Source: an uncultured Dehalococcoidia bacterium (GTDB taxonomy: Bacteria > Chloroflexota > Dehalococcoidia > Lucifugimonadales > UBA3495). Taken from it: a stretch of 64,000 bases of DNA. The stretch spans positions 128,001-192,000 of the forward strand of contig CATMOE010000001.1 of the NCBI GenBank assembly GCA_950072105.1, in the 5' to 3' direction. A program made the position numbers and the translations under genes. Shown one piece after another: positions 59,923-64,000 of this stretch; the stretch's first letter is position 1; the number at the start of each line of letters is the position of its first letter. Under the pieces are notes generated by a model that saw only the letters and a list, made by a program, of their open reading frames with translations, had not been told where the DNA came from and ran no database searches.

Positions 59923-60266
59923 GGTGTTGTTTTCCTTGTCTTAAAGTCGGCTTCCCACTCCTCCAGACTTGGCCGGTAGATGGTGATGACTCTAACATTA
60001 TCACCCAGGACATCAGCAGCAAACAAGACGTGGATTGAATCTCCGGATACCCGTCCCAGAAGCAAATAACTCGGAAGATACTTGTCGTCTGGATAGAATT
60101 CCACTATCTCGTACGAATCGACTGCATCAAGAATTGTTTGGCGGGCGACGAAACGGCCCTGGAGTCGGAGGTGCACATGGTACGTCCAGAGGAATCGGCG
60201 GCCCCGGACACAAGCTTGAATGAAGCTTACTGGATTGTCCGGTTTTCTCCCTCCTAGACTCTCCAC
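59919..60266 (-). CDS. DUF4258-like protein (putative toxin)
   Basis: YPDDKYLPSYLLLG, IHV, VITIYRP...W; ATGA-coupled to the Zn-finger gene. Confidence 0.85.
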   Translation of the reverse strand: MESLGGRKPDNPVSFIQACVRGRRFLWTYHVHLRLQGRFVARQTILDAVDSYEIVEFYPDDKYLPSYLLLGRVSGDSIHVLFAADVLGDNVRVITIYRPSLEEWEADFKTRKTTP

Positions 60267-60275
60267 TTCTTTTTA

Positions 60276-60509
60276 CTATTTCCGCAAGCGAGTTTTAATA
60301 TTCTCCCAAGTCGAACCGGAACCCGGATTGGCGTGATAGTCGGCGATCCTAAGATCTAGCTCGTCTTTGTGTGATCTGGGTACTTCAAGCGCGTCGGCCC
60401 CTGCTGCTATGCTATCCCATATATCTCCTGCAAGCATTACCCGCTCCGCAAGACTGAGGCGATCTGTTCCCAGAGATTTGGCGTTTCCAGGCATCTCGAT
60501 ATCTCGCAA
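60276..60509 (-). CDS. Addiction module component (unstable antitoxin family)
   Basis: LS.AER..LA..IWDSI, ELDLR, TWENIK.RL. Confidence 0.8.
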   Translation of the reverse strand: MRDIEMPGNAKSLGTDRLSLAERVMLAGDIWDSIAAGADALEVPRSHKDELDLRIADYHANPGSGSTWENIKTRLRK

Positions 60510-60593
60510 GACGCACTCAAATAAGTTAGACGGCTCCTTCGACAGGTTACGTTGCGTATCGGTAGAAGTGCAGGTGAATCGGATAGCGCGGCC

Positions 60594-61097
60594 CTAAATC
60601 TGGTGCTGCCAAACCGTCCCCTTGGGCGGCTCGTCTATCAGCCGGAACTGAGGGAGGGTGAAGCCGTCTTCGCCGTCTAGGAAAGCCACTTCCACGCGCT
60701 TGCCGATGGCCACGTTCTCTTCTTTTTCCGGCTCCATGTTTTCGTCCACCAGGTTGGCGGTGATGCGTAGACCGTCATATTGATCGGGCTGTCCGCTTTG
60801 CTCGTCCAACTCCACCAATACGATGGCGAACGGAGCCCAATCCCGAAAGCTGGGAACGACGGTGTGAGCCACGATCTGGTAGCTGTATATGGTACCTTTG
60901 CCGCTGACCTGATTCCATTCCCATTGCAATGAGGTGCACCAGGGACAACCGGGGCCCGGCTCTCCCCGTAACAGGCCGCAGTCCAAGCATTTCTTCACCA
61001 CCAGCCGATGCTCGGCCGCCGCCTCGAAATACCCTTTGTATTCGGTATCAGCGTCCGAGATGTTGATCTGCTGTCCCCGGTATTCATACGAGGGCAT
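60594..61097 (-). CDS. DUF35 Zn-ribbon/OB-fold protein (thiolase-associated)
   Basis: CLDCG, CPWC, SGKGTIYSY, LVELDE. Confidence 0.9.
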   Translation of the reverse strand: MPSYEYRGQQINISDADTEYKGYFEAAAEHRLVVKKCLDCGLLRGEPGPGCPWCTSLQWEWNQVSGKGTIYSYQIVAHTVVPSFRDWAPFAIVLVELDEQSGQPDQYDGLRITANLVDENMEPEKEENVAIGKRVEVAFLDGEDGFTLPQFRLIDEPPKGTVWQHQI

Positions 61098-61101
61098 ACC
61101 T

Positions 61102-62322
61102 TTATCTCCTCATGATCAGGGAGCTACCCACCGCCGGCGTGCCCCAACCCATGTTCATACTTACTTCAGCGTTCCTGACTTGGCGGCAATGGCCCTCCGA
61201 GTAGTCGTAGGTGTGGATGCCTTCCAGGGCCTGGGGGCAATAGTCATCCACCGTCCCACGCAATTGACGGACGTTTTCGATGACCATGTTCATACCGTGG
61301 GTATACGCCTCGCACAGGTGGCCGCCGCTGGTGTTGTTGGGCCGCCGGCCGCCCAGATTGATCGTTCCGCTCTTTACGTAGTCCTTGCCTTCCCCCTTCT
61401 CGCACCACCCGTAATCCTCGAATTGGAGCAGGGCGGTGTAAGTGAAAGCGTCGTAACAACCGGTAACGTCCACATCGTCGTGCGTGACTCCCGCCAGTTC
61501 AAAAACCCTGGGGCCAACGTAGTAGCCGGCCACCCGGCTGGCGGGACCGTGCTGGTAGTGGAAGTCGCCGCCGGGCTTGGTCCCTCGGCCTTGAACCCCC
61601 AGTATGTATACCGGTTTTTGCTTCAGGTCCTTAGCGCGCTCGGAGGACGTGACGATCACGCAAGTGGCGTTGTCCGTTTCCAGGCAGCAGTCCAGCAGGT
61701 GAGCCACCGGACGGATGATCCAGCGGGAATTCATCACATCTTCGACAGTCACCCGCTGTTTCATCAAGGCTTTAGGGTTATTGCTGGCGTGATTGCTGTG
61801 GGCCACTTTGATGTGGGCCAGATCCTCGTTCTTAACGCCATATTCCATCATGTGGCGGGTGAAGGTGAAAGAGAATTGCTGAACGGCGCTGATCAGGCCG
61901 TAGGGCCGCTTCATCAGGTCGATACCGGTGATGGGGGACGCGGCACGAACTCCTGTACCGCCGATGCGCATCTGGGAGTAGCCGTTCATCGACCGGAAGA
62001 TGGCCACTGTGTCGCACATGCCCGCTTCGATCGCTCCCATGGCCAGGCCAACCAAGGCCTCGGTGCTGGAGCCACCCCCGGAGCAGTCCATGTAGAAGTT
62101 GGGCCTTAGGCCCAGGTCGTACATGATAGAGGTAGACGGCGTCGAGTCACCGCCATGGTAGCTCAACATCCCGTCCACGTCTCCCGGTTTGAGCCCCGCG
62201 TCGTTCATGGCATTGCGGATGGCCTCGGCGCCCATGGCCCGGGTAGTGCGGCCTGAGCCCCGGCTAAACTCGGTTTCGCCAACCCCGGCGATGCAGTATT
62301 TACCTCTCAAACTAGTGTTCAC
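61102..62322 (-). CDS. SCP2-thiolase-like protein (Ltp2-like)
   Basis: IAGVGET, DCCLETD, YDAFT, NTSGGHLCEAYTHG. Confidence 0.88.
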   Translation of the reverse strand: MNTSLRGKYCIAGVGETEFSRGSGRTTRAMGAEAIRNAMNDAGLKPGDVDGMLSYHGGDSTPSTSIMYDLGLRPNFYMDCSGGGSSTEALVGLAMGAIEAGMCDTVAIFRSMNGYSQMRIGGTGVRAASPITGIDLMKRPYGLISAVQQFSFTFTRHMMEYGVKNEDLAHIKVAHSNHASNNPKALMKQRVTVEDVMNSRWIIRPVAHLLDCCLETDNATCVIVTSSERAKDLKQKPVYILGVQGRGTKPGGDFHYQHGPASRVAGYYVGPRVFELAGVTHDDVDVTGCYDAFTYTALLQFEDYGWCEKGEGKDYVKSGTINLGGRRPNNTSGGHLCEAYTHGMNMVIENVRQLRGTVDDYCPQALEGIHTYDYSEGHCRQVRNAEVSMNMGWGTPAVGSSLIMRR

Positions 62323-62413
62323 GTGGCCACCTTATGTAATGGATTGGTTAAAAGCGGTAACTTGATTCCTATTTCGTGTGGCCTTCACCCTGCCACCGCT
62401 GCCATCGGCGGCA

Positions 62414-62451
62414 CCCGTCTCCCTGCAGGAGAGGGGCCGGGGGTGAGGGGA
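62414..62451. repeat. REP-like element (CTCCC...GGAGAGGGG...GGGGTGAGGG)
   Basis: Imperfect palindrome with a G-rich tail abutting a stop codon; same architecture as the 37269 and 48938 elements. Confidence 0.5.
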
Positions 62452-63744
62452 TTAAAGCAGATTCCACCGGGGATTCTTGGCAGCCTCTTCTTTCATATAG
62501 TCGACGATCCAGTCCCGCACATTTTCCTCTACGTAGATAGTCGGGCGGATCAAATCGGCTTCGTCGGAGATCAGTCCTTCCTTGATGGCGGTGGCAACTA
62601 AAGGCGAGCCAGGCAGGACCGGGCTTCCGATGCGGAGGTTGGCCATGGCCGGCTTGATGGAATGCAAAAACGCCAGCTTATCGGCCACCGTTTGCTCGGT
62701 TTCCCCCACCTCGCCAAAGCTCTGGGCGATGGTGTAATGGAGGCCCCCCTCTTCGCACATGGCGCAAACCTGGCGTAGCGGCTCCAGACGTTCACCCAGA
62801 GTCTCGCCGTCGTGCAGATCACCCCTGATGCCTCCCATGATTACCAGGGCGCACCCGGACTGCTTCATCAGCCCTACGATCTCCGCATCGCAGCTAAAGG
62901 GGGCCAGACAGGTATTCCAGTTCAGTTTAAGGTCTGCCTCCAGAAACGCGTGGCACAGGGCCTTCGCGTGGTCCAGCGGGATGTTGAAGCCGTTGTCTAT
63001 GAAGAACACTTTCCGCAGACCAAACTTCTCTTCCATCTCCTTAACTTCGCTGACGACTTCATCGATGGGCCGGATGACCCGCCAATCTGGCTCTTTCACT
63101 TGACCGTTGGAATCCGGCGTTGGATAGGAGAAGTCGCCCAGCTTGGTCAAGACGCCGATGCCGAAACCCGCCTTGGTGTACTTTTCCATGTCCAGGTCTT
63201 CCAGCCTTGGCGGCTTGTTGAAACCTGATTTGGCGCGGACCCCGTTGAACACTACCTCTCCGTTTTCCCGGTACACCAACCCGGACAGATGCCCGTAAGA
63301 GCTGTTGGAATCCAGCAGATCGGCCAGCTCGGCAAAAGTCTCGCCTCCATCCCCGGCGATCCCCAGATCCGGACCCATGTAGGCGAAACACTCTTTAGGC
63401 AGGAAGTTGAACGCCGGCCCGCCGACGACGATCTTGGCTGAGGAAAGGCTGCGAACCTTGTCGATAACTTCTTTAGAGGTAGGCAGCGCCCATTGGGGGT
63501 CGATATAGCTGTGATTGCCCAGATTGCGGATGGATATGCCCACCATCTCCGGCTGGAACTCCTTGACCGTGTCTTCCACGTCGGCGATGTAGTCGTCGGA
63601 GAACATCAAGTCAAGGACCTTAAGGCTGTGACGGTCCTGGTCCAAATGGCCGGCCACGTAAGCCAAACCAATGGGCAACGGCCGAGCGTCCATGCGGCTC
63701 ATCAGCCGGTGGTGGCGGTTGGTCGCAATCAATAAGACTCTCAT
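62452..63744 (-). CDS. B12-binding-domain radical-SAM homologue lacking CxxxCxxC
   Basis: P.GLAYVAG, GISIRN, VVGGPAF, RPIDEVV.E, FFIDNGFN; TKLGDFSYP stands where TKRGCxxxCxxC is expected. Confidence 0.8.
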   Translation of the reverse strand: MRVLLIATNRHHRLMSRMDARPLPIGLAYVAGHLDQDRHSLKVLDLMFSDDYIADVEDTVKEFQPEMVGISIRNLGNHSYIDPQWALPTSKEVIDKVRSLSSAKIVVGGPAFNFLPKECFAYMGPDLGIAGDGGETFAELADLLDSNSSYGHLSGLVYRENGEVVFNGVRAKSGFNKPPRLEDLDMEKYTKAGFGIGVLTKLGDFSYPTPDSNGQVKEPDWRVIRPIDEVVSEVKEMEEKFGLRKVFFIDNGFNIPLDHAKALCHAFLEADLKLNWNTCLAPFSCDAEIVGLMKQSGCALVIMGGIRGDLHDGETLGERLEPLRQVCAMCEEGGLHYTIAQSFGEVGETEQTVADKLAFLHSIKPAMANLRIGSPVLPGSPLVATAIKEGLISDEADLIRPTIYVEENVRDWIVDYMKEEAAKNPRWNLL

Positions 63745-63845
63745 TCATCTCTCCGGCAGGGGAATGGAACTGGGTAAATCGATAATATCGCCCCTGGATT
63801 ATCGTCCGTATTATCGTCTAACGAGGTTTGTTTGACAATCCGTGG

Positions 63846-63945
63846 GTCATTCTGGCGCAGGCCGGAATCCAGGAAACCTTTCGGAACAGGGGCAATGCCA
63901 AAGGAGAAGCGCCGTCTCTGGGTTCCGGCTTTCGCCGGAAAGACG
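63846..63945. repeat. REP-like inverted pair (GTCATTCYGGCGCAGGCCGGAATCCAG family), copy 2
   Basis: 63846-63872 and inverted partner 63918-63945. Confidence 0.75.
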
Positions 63946-64000
63946 AGGGAGGACAAATGGTACGTCTCGATTTATCGGCGGCAGGCGGCATTCCCGCATA

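Noticed and set aside
63741..63956. 71-aa ORF at the window end
   Set aside because: It is made largely of the REP-like doublet and has no protein features.

Overview
This is a gene-dense, GC-rich bacterial chromosomal segment. Gene content suggests Chloroflexota/Dehalococcoidia, probably SAR202-like (inference from paired LLM flavin oxidoreductases, DUF2298/TIGR03663 membrane proteins and an Ltp2-like thiolase with a DUF35 partner). Housekeeping genes include rnc, ftsY, mutL, mutS, apt, fmt, rpsP-khpA-rimM, yebC-ruvC-ruvA, uvrB, recG, rplU-rpmA and rpmE. The main signals the ORF track misses are: (1) three likely selenoproteins split or truncated at an in-frame UGA (DsbA-like DFRUPF, ArsC/Spx-like USSC, UGSC-family), each followed by a SECIS-like hairpin; (2) an unannotated promoter, 23-aa leader ORF and two mutually exclusive RNA helices upstream of rpsP; (3) small nuclease-like genes (GxxExxY, DUF559) each bracketed by its own inverted repeat pair, plus several families of solo REP-like palindromes; (4) two enzymes lacking their defining motif (an FdhA-like subunit without the Cys/Sec Mo ligand and a B12-radical-SAM homologue without CxxxCxxC); (5) two probable single-base frameshifts. 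All family names come from motif recognition, not database searches.
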